Origin: Rhizodiscina lignyota
Lineage: Eukaryota
Length of the DNA stretch: 64,000 bases
Assembly: GCA_010015805.1 (NCBI GenBank)
Contig: ML978121.1
Span: 1,984,001 to 2,048,000, forward strand
Direction: 5' to 3'
In this document: positions 50,651-62,105 of the stretch, piece after piece
How positions within the stretch are numbered: position 1 is the stretch's first letter
Layout: each line of letters begins with the position of its first letter
The notes under the pieces: generated by a model
Seen by the model: only the letters and a program-made list of their open reading frames with translations
Database searches by the model: none
Told to the model about the DNA's origin: nothing
Position numbers and translations under genes: made by a program

Positions 50651-52420
50651 CTATGGGTCAACGCTCCTTTGCTGATCCGCCTGCCGATCCAAACCAAGTC
50701 TCCTACTCTCTTTCGCCCCACCCAATCCCAACTTATCAATACCCATAAGTAAAGGCAAAGGCACGACAGCCAGACAAAGGACTGCCTCAAAGACCAGCGC
50801 TCGGTACATGTTATTCTTCGGCCGATCGCCATGATGCACCGTATCACCACCTGTCGCCGTCTCGTCTTTCAATGCGCCCATGATAATAATAAAGATGCCT
50901 CCGAGCAGCTGGCCGCCTGCCCAAAATACCGTGCTTCCTACCTCCGGACTCGCAGGGAATGTGACCTCGACCAAAAACTCAAGAACGATAGGGACTAAAG
51001 CAAAAGAACTTGCACCCAGCACGGCAGCGACGACATACGGCCCCGCGATGGTACGCGTCTGTGGCATCCAGATGAATGCGAGATAGGACAGCGCGAGAAT
51101 GGGAATGAGGATCTTAATGGTAAGAAGATACGCTTTCGTCCGATCGGTCAAGGGCGATATTACGGCTGCAGCGACCAGGCCGACGAGAATTAGGACGGCG
51201 CCACAGATTCCTGCTTCGTCTTCAGAGTAGCCGTACGGCCCGAGGATCTGGTTGATAAGAGAAGAGATGGAGTTGAAGAAGCCGACGTAGATGCTGAATG
51301 GGGCGAAGCCGAGCCAGAAAAAAGGGCTGTGGAGAAGCAGATGGAATGATTTCTGCAGTGAGATTTTTGGAACAGTCGATGAGGCAGATGGAGGAGTTGG
51401 CGGCGCGGCGGGAACGAAGAAAGAGGGAATGCATGCTATGGATGACTGTATTGCTGGTCAACCTCATGGACATCAGAGCAAAGAAGACTCAAATAGGGTG
51501 CTTACCATTATTGAGACCCAGAGTATCATGTTCGGTATATCTGACGCCTTGGAAGCCCACAGAGGGTCGATCAGTTGAGCAAGCTAAGGGTTTGTTAGTT
51601 ATAAAACATATCAAAATGTCGGAGAATCTTACTGCTCCGCCAAATGGGTTTGATAGAGACACAACCGCCGTCGCAGATATTCGTCCCTTGTCCGAGAACC
51701 AAAGATCGCTGTATCTCGTAGGAGCTGAGAGCACAAAGGGCTGTGCAAACCCAATAAGGATCTGTCCGAACATAACGACACCAAAGTGGCCTCCGGTAGC
51801 TCGAGCCCCCGCATAACGAATCCAATTACCAATCAGTATCAATATACTCGATACTATGATCGCTTCTTTAGGACCACGGTTCAGAGTCCATATTACAACT
51901 CTGATGGCGTATCAGTATAGTGAGAACAAAAGCGAACGAGTGAACTTACGGGCTGACAATGACAAATGCAAAGAGGAATCCTGTGCTAAGCCAATTGATC
52001 GCTGTTTCTGATACGTCAAAGTACTCCGCAGAAGTAGTCGAGAGCGCCGAGAACGTAAGCCACTAGTTTGGAAGTCAACTTCTCGGTTTATTATTTCGAG
52101 AACCAAAGGGTATCTCCACTCACATCCCAACTGACAATAATATTTAGCAATATCAATTGAGTCAGGCCGAAGAATCGGCGTCTGTATACGCGATATTCCT
52201 GACCCGATGATCCTTGAGGCGAGTTCCGCTCCTCCAGAGCGACATCATCAGTGCGAGAGACTGAATCCACTGCTGTCACCAAACCATGGACTGCGCTATT
52301 CTTGCTGGTGCTGTTCTGTAGATTGCGGGAGCCGTCCATTCCACTCTCATAACTTTCCTGCGGTGAAAGCAGTCTGTCGTTGCTCCGCACCTGCGCGAGC
52401 GGAGACGATGAATCGCTCAT
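50651..52420 (-). CDS. MFS transporter, FLVCR/SLC49-like
   Basis: [52 protein letters not shown]. Multiple TM exons. Confidence 0.87.
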
Positions 52421-53866
52421 GATAAGAGAAGTGAGAGCGATATCGTTCAGTATCGTAGATAACTCCTAGGTTCCGAAAGGCTGCAACTTGGAGTCTCTTG
52501 ATAAGGCACAAGGTTCGTGCCACTTTATTGGGGCATGTCAAGTCATTAAGAAGCGAAGAATGGGTCCTTTAAGTATCTGTCATCCCGAAACGTGCACTAT
52601 TCGCCTTCGCCTCGTAAGGAGAATGCTCAATAGCTCTAGGTGCAAGGGATTTCTGATGCGATGCTGCGAATGTTGAGGCAGGTCGTAATGGTTCTGTTAT
52701 TGATCCCAGTGATCGGTTCACGATAGGAAGTTTGTGAGGGTGTCATCTGCTCTCAAGGTGGACGGAAATGGGGACAATCCTTCGAATTGCGGAGGTGGCA
52801 CATCCTTGCCGTGTCGCGTGCATGTCGCGTTCCGGAAGTTATATAAGCCTCCTTATGACCTGCCCCTTTCGAAGCTCACTCGGCGGACTGAATTCCATTT
52901 TCCTTCCATCTTGCGGCGGGCAGCCTCTGCTCCCTCTCCTCCTCTTCGACTTCTCCGTCGCGGCTCGATGGATCTCCTGCTTGCAGCAATCAGAGACAGA
53001 CGACAGCAGGGATCCAAGGCACTTGCTATTTCAAGTCTAACTGAGTCTGCAAATGCTGGAAATCTAGATAAGACGTATCGTAGGCTTCATAGGAGATTTA
53101 GCATGCTTCCCCTGCGAGCTCATTTAGCGCTTGCCAACACGTACAATCGCTTCGAGCTCAGTTCGTACTGCCACAGATGTTCTCTAGGGGACAAGATCCT
53201 TGGGGCCAAATCGAGCACCGCGAATGGATGTCACGATTTTGAGGTCCAGATTTGGGATTTAACGATGGATGAGAGAAGCTGAAGTATCTGCAGTGGCCCG
53301 ACATGAATATATACCTGGAAAAGAATTGTCTGTAAGACAGTAGTCCTCGCACTTGCATGACTCGCTGCACATTCAGCTGAAGGGTCACGTTTTCGGTTAC
53401 TGCTGTATTACAGGGCTCCGATCAGCCTCGCGCACACTCATGAAGCATTTTCAGTTGCTTCGAATTCTTATTTCTACATTCAAATCATTTCACTCTCTTC
53501 TGCATGTCACACTCGAGCGAGTTCAGTTTCATAACATGCACACAAACTCATTCGAATGCGAAGTGGAAGTTTTCTGAAGCGTATTAAGGAATGCTGCTAA
53601 CACGATAGCCGGAACTCAGCATCGGACTAGAATACATTGAATAACCTCCGTAGCGGAACAAACGAGCGTACCAGTGCGTCAACGAGAGAAACAAAACGAC
53701 AAGTCTTATGAACCGAACTCAAGGCTCGCGGCAAGAGATACGTTCTGCAGTAGCTAGTGCATCTTTGAAGATATGACTTCTTCCATAGATACATGCTGCT
53801 TTTCCTTGCCATTCTTCTGCTTGCCCCATGAGAAGTTGTTGAAGAGAAACGCCCTCCCAATCAGAA

Positions 53867-54517
53867 TCACTGTCTCGGGGGTTTTGTATGCTCTCTGGCA
53901 GGCGAGTTGACGTACCCACTCGGATTGGTGGAAGAGTTTTTCGGCTTTCCTTGACTGGCAGTCCCTTCAGTTTGACTAAAGTCTATTAGTGAAGAGCCCA
54001 TCTCGTGTAATCGGAGCCGAGAAGCAAACTTACGTCGTTGAAGAGCGTTTCGCATCTTCAACAGTACCAGATTCCCTTTTGTTTACCTGTTCCTGATGTT
54101 CGCGGCGGCGATCTATGCTCTTGAACTCTTTTCCACAAATTCTCTTTTCACCGTGAGTTTGCAAGCACCTGTATGTGTCGCCCTTGTTCGTGTGCGTCTT
54201 CTCATGTTTTTCTCGGCGTGAGGGGAACTTGAACGTCTGTTTCAGCACAGTGTCAGCAGCACGGCCAAGAATGGACCAAAAGTGACCCTGTGATCCATCC
54301 GACCAGACATCTTCGTTCGTGAAGCAGTCCTTCTGGGGTCACTCACTTTTTGGCACCCCTCAAAGCGACACTTGATAGGCTCCGCCCCCGGCTCTGATTG
54401 TGGGTCAAGCAGAATGCTCCTATGTCGTAAGTGGGTCTTGCACCTCCCGGTCGTGGAAGGTGGTGGTACACCGTTGCAAATCGAGCAGACTGGTAGAGGT
54501 CCCTGGGATTGATCCAT
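53867..54517 (-). CDS. C2H2 zinc-finger-containing hypothetical protein (3' end unresolved)
   Basis: Splicing joins CRFEGCQK to TFKFPSRREKHEKTH (C-x4-C-x12-H-x3-H). A second, degenerate finger YRC...CGKEF....RREH follows. Confidence 0.55.
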
Positions 54518-55131
54518 GTTTGAAAGAGTGTAAAACTGTATGAAGTGATATATTTGAAGCTGGTATATGGAAAATGTAGCGTATGGTCTGGGACTGTTGA
54601 GGATTGTGAGATTGAAATTAGAAAGAGGACGAAAGGAAAGTAGCTGTTGTTTTGGCAGCAAAGCCGACACCGCGACCGTCGTTACTTCCATCGCAGTTCA
54701 ACCTGATAGGAACTGCCGCCACCGTACTGTCCGTGCTGTGAATTATTGAACCTGCTTCCAATGTCAGGAAGGTTCAGCTTTGTAGCTGCATTTTCAAGAA
54801 GGAGTACTGGATACAATGATCGTGAGACTGGACAGTTTGGGCTAAATACGATCATTCGAGGTGCTTTCCCGCGTGCAATCGTTTCAATTTCTTTTGGACA
54901 GCGATGAAGAATTGAAGGTCGTTGAATGCCAGATACATTTTGATATCAACCCGATTCCGCCAACCTGATTCTCCTCATCTATAACAGCCACAGTGACTTT
55001 CATAGACCTAATCATGAACGCTGCATAGTTTCCACCATGCTGAATAGCTTGCTTTCGCAACCTATTCCCTCAAACTTCGTGATATTCGACGCCATAATCC
55101 ATTGAAACCGTGGTTGCATGTGAACAATGGC

Positions 55132-55729
55132 TTACTTGCCAACAGCTTTGGCAAGATCGGCCAAGGCCTCACGACGCTTGTACTTTGCGTCCTCGATAAC
55201 GTCTTGCAATTGGTTAGCGAACAACTTTATGAATCACTCAAGCTCAAAGGAAAACATACCCGCATCAGCGTCACTGGAGAAATTGCCAGACCAGGTGATA
55301 AAGGTATGGCCCTCGTGCTTGCCAGATGTGATCGGGTAGAGATGGACTGTAGAGACGACAGACGTATAGCTCAGAGCAGGCTGCGAAGAGATCACACTGT
55401 ATGTGATGTAGTGCTCAATGGTCTTGAATGTGGTGTGTGATCAGCAATGCTCTCATGCAGAGGTATTCAATCAGAGACAAGAAGGAATGAGCTCAAATCG
55501 CACTCACCGAGTGCTCCTCCTGCTTGACTTCCAATACCGTGCCATCCTTGAACGTCCACTTCACGATATCTGTCTCTGAAGATGCCCCCTTGACCCAATC
55601 GCTTTTCGATAGCGTTGTCCAGAAGCTGGAGAAATCCTGCAGCTTGATGAGGTGCCAGACACTGGAGAGCGGTGCTTCGATCACTGCACTCTCAAGCACG
55701 CTGGTGGATGTGGGAATGCGAGGGGCCAT
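55132..55729 (-). CDS. Bet v1-like / SRPBCC family protein
   Basis: ESAVIEAPLSSVWHLIK; C-terminal VIEDAKYKRREALADLAKA. Two coding introns and a probable 5'UTR intron. Confidence 0.85.
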
Positions 55730-56207
55730 CTTGATTCAGCTGCTTGTCTGCTTCAAAGCAAAATGTCAGTCAATTTCTATGAGAGCCTTCTCGAGTTGCA
55801 CGCACCTAAACAGTGAGAGATGCTTTGATTTTCAGAGATTAAGGAACCAATTGAGTATTCCGGCACGTCCGGCACTGAGAAATTCAGAGATTATTGAGGA
55901 ATGAGAAGTTGGGAAGTCAGAAAACAATTGATTAAGATCAGAGCTTTAGCGGGGAAGCTGCTGCAAGGAGAGCTCTTTCTTGGTGGGGTACGGATAGTGA
56001 CATCACAACACGTGGAAGTTGAAAACGGCCAATGAAGATGTACATACCTAGGGAGGTATCGATTAAGGTTGTTTGAGACAGGTGAGATGAATGATGTGTA
56101 TAGGATTGCGTCGACTCGCAATCCAATTAATTTTTTTCGCTATATAATTTGTAACGCCAAACGCCAGGATATCAAATGTCGAGCATCATTGTTACCCCAC
56201 CTTGTGC

Positions 56208-57089
56208 TCAGTCAATGTCGATTTTCTTCACCTCGACGTACTCTTTCTCGTTCATCTTTGGCACTTCCACTCGGAGGATACCTTCCTCCAGCTTAGCAGT
56301 GATGCCATCTTCAAGAACCTGTGCCGGATTGGCCCTGCTACCAAGGCGCACCTTCCTCTCAAATGCACCAACTTTGCGCTCGTCCATTGCCAACGTCTTC
56401 AAGAACTCTTCATCTCCAGGTCGGTAGACGACTCCACTGATGCTAAGCTCGCTCTTCTCCGCATCCCAGCCCACGGCGATGTCTTCCTTCTTTGCACCTG
56501 GCAGTGACACATGTACAACAAATTCGGCCTCGGTATCGAAGACGTCGACTTCGGGCTTGAAATCCTCCGCGCGTTCTTCTCCTTCATTCTGTCCGAACAT
56601 CTGAGACTGGATGAACTCGGATAGGTTGTTCATGTTGAAAGGCCCGCCAGGTGGTCCCCATGCGCCCCATCGTCCACGGCCAAAGCCACCACGACGACCT
56701 CCACGTCCACGGAATCCATGACCGTGAGGTCCATGCGGGCCACGGTGGCGGCGCTCATGTCCCGACTCTTCATTCTGTTGTGCTCGATCCGTTCCATCCT
56801 GTTCGCCTGGTGTGCCAGCCTCGTTCTCGGGAGGATGTGAAGGAGCTGGTCCCTCTGGACCATAGTGAGGCCCGGGTGGAGGATGGAATGGCATGGACCC
56901 AAATGGTGGAGGCCCACGATGCCAGCCACGATGTGGCCAGCCCCATCCCCAAGGACCGTTGTCGTCAGGAGCTTCTCCGCCGTCACGGTTTTGATCAGCC
57001 GAGAAGGGATGGCTGGCGCCTTGATTCTCAAGGTTGGCAATGAAGTCCCAAAAAGGGGCTGATTGGTTGGCGTATCGAATTGAAGGCAT
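56208..57089 (-). CDS. Small heat-shock protein (Hsp20/alpha-crystallin) with Gly/His/Pro-rich N-terminus
   Basis: PEVDVFDT, VHVSLPGAKKEDI, ERKVGAFERKVRL, AKLEEGILRVEVPK, C-terminal IDID. Confidence 0.92.
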   Translation of the reverse strand: MPSIRYANQSAPFWDFIANLENQGASHPFSADQNRDGGEAPDDNGPWGWGWPHRGWHRGPPPFGSMPFHPPPGPHYGPEGPAPSHPPENEAGTPGEQDGTDRAQQNEESGHERRHRGPHGPHGHGFRGRGGRRGGFGRGRWGAWGPPGGPFNMNNLSEFIQSQMFGQNEGEERAEDFKPEVDVFDTEAEFVVHVSLPGAKKEDIAVGWDAEKSELSISGVVYRPGDEEFLKTLAMDERKVGAFERKVRLGSRANPAQVLEDGITAKLEEGILRVEVPKMNEKEYVEVKKIDID

Positions 57090-57185
57090 GATGATTGTTG
57101 ATGATGATGATGTGTGAGATTGATTGAATTTGAAAGAGAAAAAAGTCTCTGCTCTATGAAATCATACTTAACAGTTGCCGCCCTG

Positions 57186-57322
57186 TATTTATATGCAATT
57201 GATCAGGCATCGTAGCGCGTACGACAGCACCCCGAGGCAGGCGTCGTCCCGCTCTACGTACGCGCGGACTGACATGATAGGCCATATATGTGAGTCAAGA
57301 AACTCTACGAAGCATCTAGAAG
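57186..57322 (-). promoter_or_regulatory. Hsp20 promoter: TATA box, step-type heat-shock element, Gcn4/CpcA-type site
   Basis: TATAAATA on minus strand 57186-57193; GAA at 57299, 57309 and 57319 (10-bp period); TGAGTCA 57291-57297. Confidence 0.55.
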
Positions 57323-58084
57323 GTGGGGAAAGCCTAGAGCTTGACTGTTAGCCACGCGTTCGAAGATTAGTCGTATAATTGGTCTGCTATAGGCTGTTAA
57401 GTGCTTGCGTGGCTCCCAAGTCGGTTCAATGTCGAGGCTTCCTTAGCCTGTGTGGCAAATGGGTGTGGCTGCCTCCGGAAGCGGAATACGTTATTTCCTG
57501 TCGCTTGTCCGCCGCTTCACCTGCAAATTTCTTTCGAAGCGCATTCCTTCCTCTACATCAAAATACAGTATTACGACGCATTGATTTAAATTGTCCTTTG
57601 TCTGAGGTACGTGCATCTAATTACACTCTCTAGCCCTCTGCTTCCTGATGAAACAACACAAATTCACAGACCTGTTCTGAATCCTCATGTGGTCTAATTG
57701 TAAATCTCATCGTCTGACATCTTTCGCAATACACGTTTTATTACCACCATTGTCAGAACTTCAATTAAGAGCTTCGCTAATTGAATTAGGATACGTCTAT
57801 GTACCTATGTAGAGGCGAATAATCAAACCTTTCACTATGAAGTATCCTGGCACGACGGTTATACGATATAATGAACATCACTATTACGTATCAATGGAGA
57901 AGATAATATTTGACATAATGAAATTTCATTGGATCATTTTTACAATTTGCTTTGTTCTTTAGTTTGATAATAACTGAGTACGGAAAACAATGGAACATTC
58001 AAAATCGACCCCTAAGAAGAATGAACACCACCCTTCCCAACGAGAATAAGATTTCAGACAAGAAACAAAAGCTCTCTGTCAGCA

Positions 58085-60193
58085 TCAAGGCTCGCTATAA
58101 TCATGCGGCTGCTTCCGCGCGAGCCGGTTACTATGGCGTGGGAGGCGAGACTTACCCATCTTGATCTTCTTTGCTGGTGGCGAGTCGATGTCAGATGTGG
58201 TGTCCAGCGAATCACTGTCACTACTATCACTGTCATCGTCATCGCGAGTGCGCTTCCTTGGCTTTCCTGGCTTTCTAGTTTTCGGGGTGGGATAAGAGCC
58301 ATCGGTGCGAGGAGCCAGTTGTTTCTCCCACAATTTGGGCCACTTACCCTTTATGAAGAGATCGAGATCGCCAAAGGTGACCGAAAGCTGGGTTGCAGAT
58401 TGGCGAACATCCATTTGGCGGCGCTTACCTACTGACCAGCTCTCAACGCAAGCCTTCTGCATCTTGTAATTCAAGGTGTCTTCATGGTTCTTGGGCGCTC
58501 CGGTCTCATAATGGACTGGATACATGGGGAACTTCTCGCTGAAGTTGTCTTTCTCGATGGCCCTGAGAAACTCATGGCCGGCCTTGTAGCGGGCGTCATC
58601 CTTTGCAATCATTGCAGCAAACTTACCTAGTGGCTCGGTCTTCGGGAATTCGCGACGGTCGATCTTGATCTCGATAGCTTTGGCAAGCTTGGGCAAGTCT
58701 AAGAAGCGTTCTAGACAATAGAGATGGACATAGCCGGCGACGTAGAATGGGTCAGTCTTTGCGCGATACTTATTCCACCTCTCATCGATGGCGACGCGCA
58801 AGTGACCTTGCCAAATGTTGGCAGCCTTGTTGATCTGGCGAAGAGGGCACTCTGCAAAGCGGCACAAGCTACTCTCCTTGGAAGGGTAGCGACGCGCCGA
58901 GTCTGCAGGGGTCTTCTGTATGTATAGTCTCAACTTACCGTGTTCTTCTGCGAAGAATTCGTCGTGTTTCAGGAAAAATGTCTCGAGCTCGTGGGCTGTG
59001 TAATGGCTATTCTGGAGCTCGCCGTGCTCATTGTATCGGAATTTGCAGCCATCGTAGCTCCAGTCGGGAAAAGCGTCTGTCTCTTCATAGTGGTCAGAAG
59101 CATCGTACTGATTCAACTTTCCAGAGCGACTGCTCGTACCCGCTGTACTCTCATTGACACGAACCCACACATGCTTGGGGTCGTAGCTGGGCTTCTCCGC
59201 TCGGAAATTGAGATGACTCTTTTTAGTCTTCTTGCTGCGAGCCCTTGGTACATTCGAATCATCACTGAGAAGCCGGAATCTGTCGTTGTTAGGGACAGAG
59301 CCATGATGTGGAACCGACTCTGTTGGAGGCATGGGAGCTGGTGCGAACGGGGCGGCGTAATATCGGGCAGTGGCATCGTTGTTCCCTGCCGCTGGTACCA
59401 TGGGAGCAAACGGTGCAACAGGATACTGAAGTGGAGCTGCATATTGAGGGGGCTCCTCATACTGGGGTTGAGATACCGGCGATTCTTGCTCGAGTTCGGG
59501 CAATTGGAAGTCGACCGTATCCAGCGAAGGGACCAGAGGATCGGCAGCTGGTGTCTGATGTACTGACTGGGGAGTGACGAATGGGTTGGTGAATAAAATA
59601 TCGGCGGGAGCAACTGTTGAAGACTTTGGACTCACCATGACCTGGGGATCAGTAGAGAGGAGACCGTCAGAGAGGAGACCGGTAGAGAACTCTGGTAGTT
59701 TGCGCCAGAATTCATCAATGGTGTCGGTAGCAAAAAAGTCAAACGAACCCTCAGCCTTGGTTGGCTGATGGCTGCTCTGCGAAGCATCTGCAAGTGATGG
59801 AGGCATCGCCTCTGGCAATGCCTGTACGAGTTCAGAGTTCACAGAAGTGTCGTTTAGCTTGGCTTGCTCGGACACAGTAGCCGCAGCAAGTTGAGGAGTT
59901 GGGATGAGCTTGGGGGACTGACTGTCGTTGGGGAGACTGTGGCTTTCAAAGACATTGTTGAGATCGACTGCGAGCAACTTCTCTAGTTCTGGGTCTGTTG
60001 ACAGAGCTTCTAGGACGAAATTTGAAGGCATGTCAGTGTCTTTGAAAAGGCCATCGATCCAAGGCTCGGAAGCGAGGTCGTCAGAAAAGCTGGGGAGGTC
60101 CCCGTTCATGCTGGTCGTCATGTCTATCGTACAAGAGGGAATATTGGAGGAAAGAATGGTGATGGGAGAGTCGTTTGGAGACGTCCTTGACAA
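58085..60193 (-). CDS. Hypothetical protein: acidic/Pro-rich N-terminus, globular Cys/His domain, basic C-terminus
   Basis: Uninterrupted 702-aa ORF (ATG start uncertain); CRFAECP...HLYC; KPRKR and PAKKIK patches. Confidence 0.75.
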   Translation of the reverse strand: MSRTSPNDSPITILSSNIPSCTIDMTTSMNGDLPSFSDDLASEPWIDGLFKDTDMPSNFVLEALSTDPELEKLLAVDLNNVFESHSLPNDSQSPKLIPTPQLAAATVSEQAKLNDTSVNSELVQALPEAMPPSLADASQSSHQPTKAEGSFDFFATDTIDEFWRKLPEFSTGLLSDGLLSTDPQVMVSPKSSTVAPADILFTNPFVTPQSVHQTPAADPLVPSLDTVDFQLPELEQESPVSQPQYEEPPQYAAPLQYPVAPFAPMVPAAGNNDATARYYAAPFAPAPMPPTESVPHHGSVPNNDRFRLLSDDSNVPRARSKKTKKSHLNFRAEKPSYDPKHVWVRVNESTAGTSSRSGKLNQYDASDHYEETDAFPDWSYDGCKFRYNEHGELQNSHYTAHELETFFLKHDEFFAEEHGKLRLYIQKTPADSARRYPSKESSLCRFAECPLRQINKAANIWQGHLRVAIDERWNKYRAKTDPFYVAGYVHLYCLERFLDLPKLAKAIEIKIDRREFPKTEPLGKFAAMIAKDDARYKAGHEFLRAIEKDNFSEKFPMYPVHYETGAPKNHEDTLNYKMQKACVESWSVGKRRQMDVRQSATQLSVTFGDLDLFIKGKWPKLWEKQLAPRTDGSYPTPKTRKPGKPRKRTRDDDDSDSSDSDSLDTTSDIDSPPAKKIKMGKSRLPRHSNRLARKQPHDYSEP

Positions 60194-60757
60194 TGGAATG
60201 ATTAAACAAGTGTGTGTAGTATACCGAGATGTCGTCAGCCAGTAACGACCGAAGGATGTTGGAGCTATCGGGAATCCTGATAATCCATCATTGTACTATC
60301 AAAAATTCTATATATCCAAACTGGGATGGCCTTTGTTTCGGTTGCGATGTGATTGTGCTTTGTTCCACTGGAGGCTTCACTATGTATTCGAGTGAGACTT
60401 GGTCACTTTGCAACAAAGAAAAGTTGAACAACATGGTCAGAATCGTGCAAAACAATGCTATTGTGATCATAGGATACACAAAGAGGCAGTAACTTGGGAG
60501 CAGCTCCGTGAACTACCTCGTAAGGGTGAGAAGCTTGGTATCACGCTCAGGCTAAAGTACGTGACAAGAAAAAAAGGACGTGTGTGAAACGTAAACATTC
60601 ATCTTCCAATGCAAAATGAACTTCATTATTCGTTAGAGCTGCCGCAGCGTAAGATCCAACGGCTTCCAACTCGACGTGGTATCGTGATGTGTATCATGCT
60701 GTGTTCATGCTGAAAGGGCTCCAAAAGTCGCCGACGCCAGATCTCTCTCGGAATTCA

Positions 60758-61477
60758 TCAGATATGACCGGTTGGTGTTAAAGCAAGCGCAACTTCCACG
60801 TTGTACACCCTCGTGTATTCGGTGCGAACCCCAAGCGTCTCTGAATCCACGTCAAGCTTATCCCTCAGCTCTTCAGATTGCACTAAAGCTCGAATCTCTG
60901 CCGGAGGAGCCCTATGCACGGCCATCAATCGCACCTTCAAATTCTCGGGCGCTTTTTCGAGGAGGCTGAGGCGCAGGTCTTTCAAGTGCGGGTCGCTCAT
61001 CCACTGCTGGAACTTGTCGGCGGGCTGACCGTGCATCTGCAACCAGTAATTCGATCGAAATGTGATGTTGAGTGTCGAGAGCGCGGGATAGTCGAATGTG
61101 AGGGATCGATGGACATCTGCACTGCCCAAGTAGCCCGTCCAAAGGCTCCTGACGTCCTTGTCTCGAATGTGAAGCGCAATGCTTGTTATTTGCCTCGCAG
61201 AGTCTGGCGAGTGCGCCCATCCAAACATGTTGCAGTCTGAGGGGTGCTGGAAGGCCAAAGTATTCGTCGAGTAGAGGACGGCCGTCGCTTCTTTGTGAAT
61301 GGTTCGACAAGTGCGGAGAAGCGCTGGAGTGAGATGTGCGTCGTTGTGGTCGTCGGGCCACTGAATTGGAAAGCCTACTGTCAAGACGTAGCCATAGATT
61401 GCCAGACGGAGCTCTTCGGGGAGCTTAAACAGTGGTGAAGTTGCCGCTGGCTCTTCGCGAATCTCGGTGTCCATCAT
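60758..61477 (-). CDS. Hypothetical protein with F-box-like LPxELRxxIY motif
   Basis: SPLFKLPEELRLAIYGYVL and PALLRTCRTIHKEATAVLYSTNT.F motifs. Confidence 0.75.
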   Translation of the reverse strand: MMDTEIREEPAATSPLFKLPEELRLAIYGYVLTVGFPIQWPDDHNDAHLTPALLRTCRTIHKEATAVLYSTNTLAFQHPSDCNMFGWAHSPDSARQITSIALHIRDKDVRSLWTGYLGSADVHRSLTFDYPALSTLNITFRSNYWLQMHGQPADKFQQWMSDPHLKDLRLSLLEKAPENLKVRLMAVHRAPPAEIRALVQSEELRDKLDVDSETLGVRTEYTRVYNVEVALALTPTGHI

Positions 61478-62105
61478 AGCGATTACAGCTCCGAACGTTG
61501 AGGGGTCGGAGGTCTTTCTTTGAATGAATTCGACAGAAGAGGCGGGTGGAGGGGAAGGTGAGAGGAACAGTATTTATGACGGACGGGTTATGAGTCGATA
61601 CAGCGGGACAGTCGCGGAGAGTGTTTGCGTGTGGTGAGATGTCGTCCATGTGTTTATGTGGGCTCCTTAGGCCTGGACTGGGACCGAATGGGCGGCTAGG
61701 TCACTGGCGCTTCCTCGCAACTAAGGCGGTTCCGCATACATGCGGGTAGCAACGGCATAACCTCTCTATTTGCTTCACTCTCCAGCTTCGCTTCAGCAGT
61801 TCACTGAAATTGATAAATCGGCGGATTATAATAGGTTCAAGTATCACTCTAAAGGGTACCGAAACAGGCAAAATTGGTTTGAGCAGTAAGATGGAATTTT
61901 TGAAAAAACTCCTAAGTTACATGCATGCACGTGCATTTCTTCCTTGTTGGTCTCCAACGCAGCCTCGTCGTATGTAAAGTGTTCCAGCACTTTCAAAGAA
62001 AATTTATGAGGTTAACCATCTGCAACTGCCACCTTTGCTACCGTTCAGAAACACCATTTTAGAGAGTGTCCCATTGAGGACATCCATTTGCACAGTCAGT
62101 GCCTG

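Noticed and set aside
52734..53282. 182-aa ORF between the MFS and zinc-finger genes
   Set aside because: GTG start, no codon bias or motif; likely spurious.
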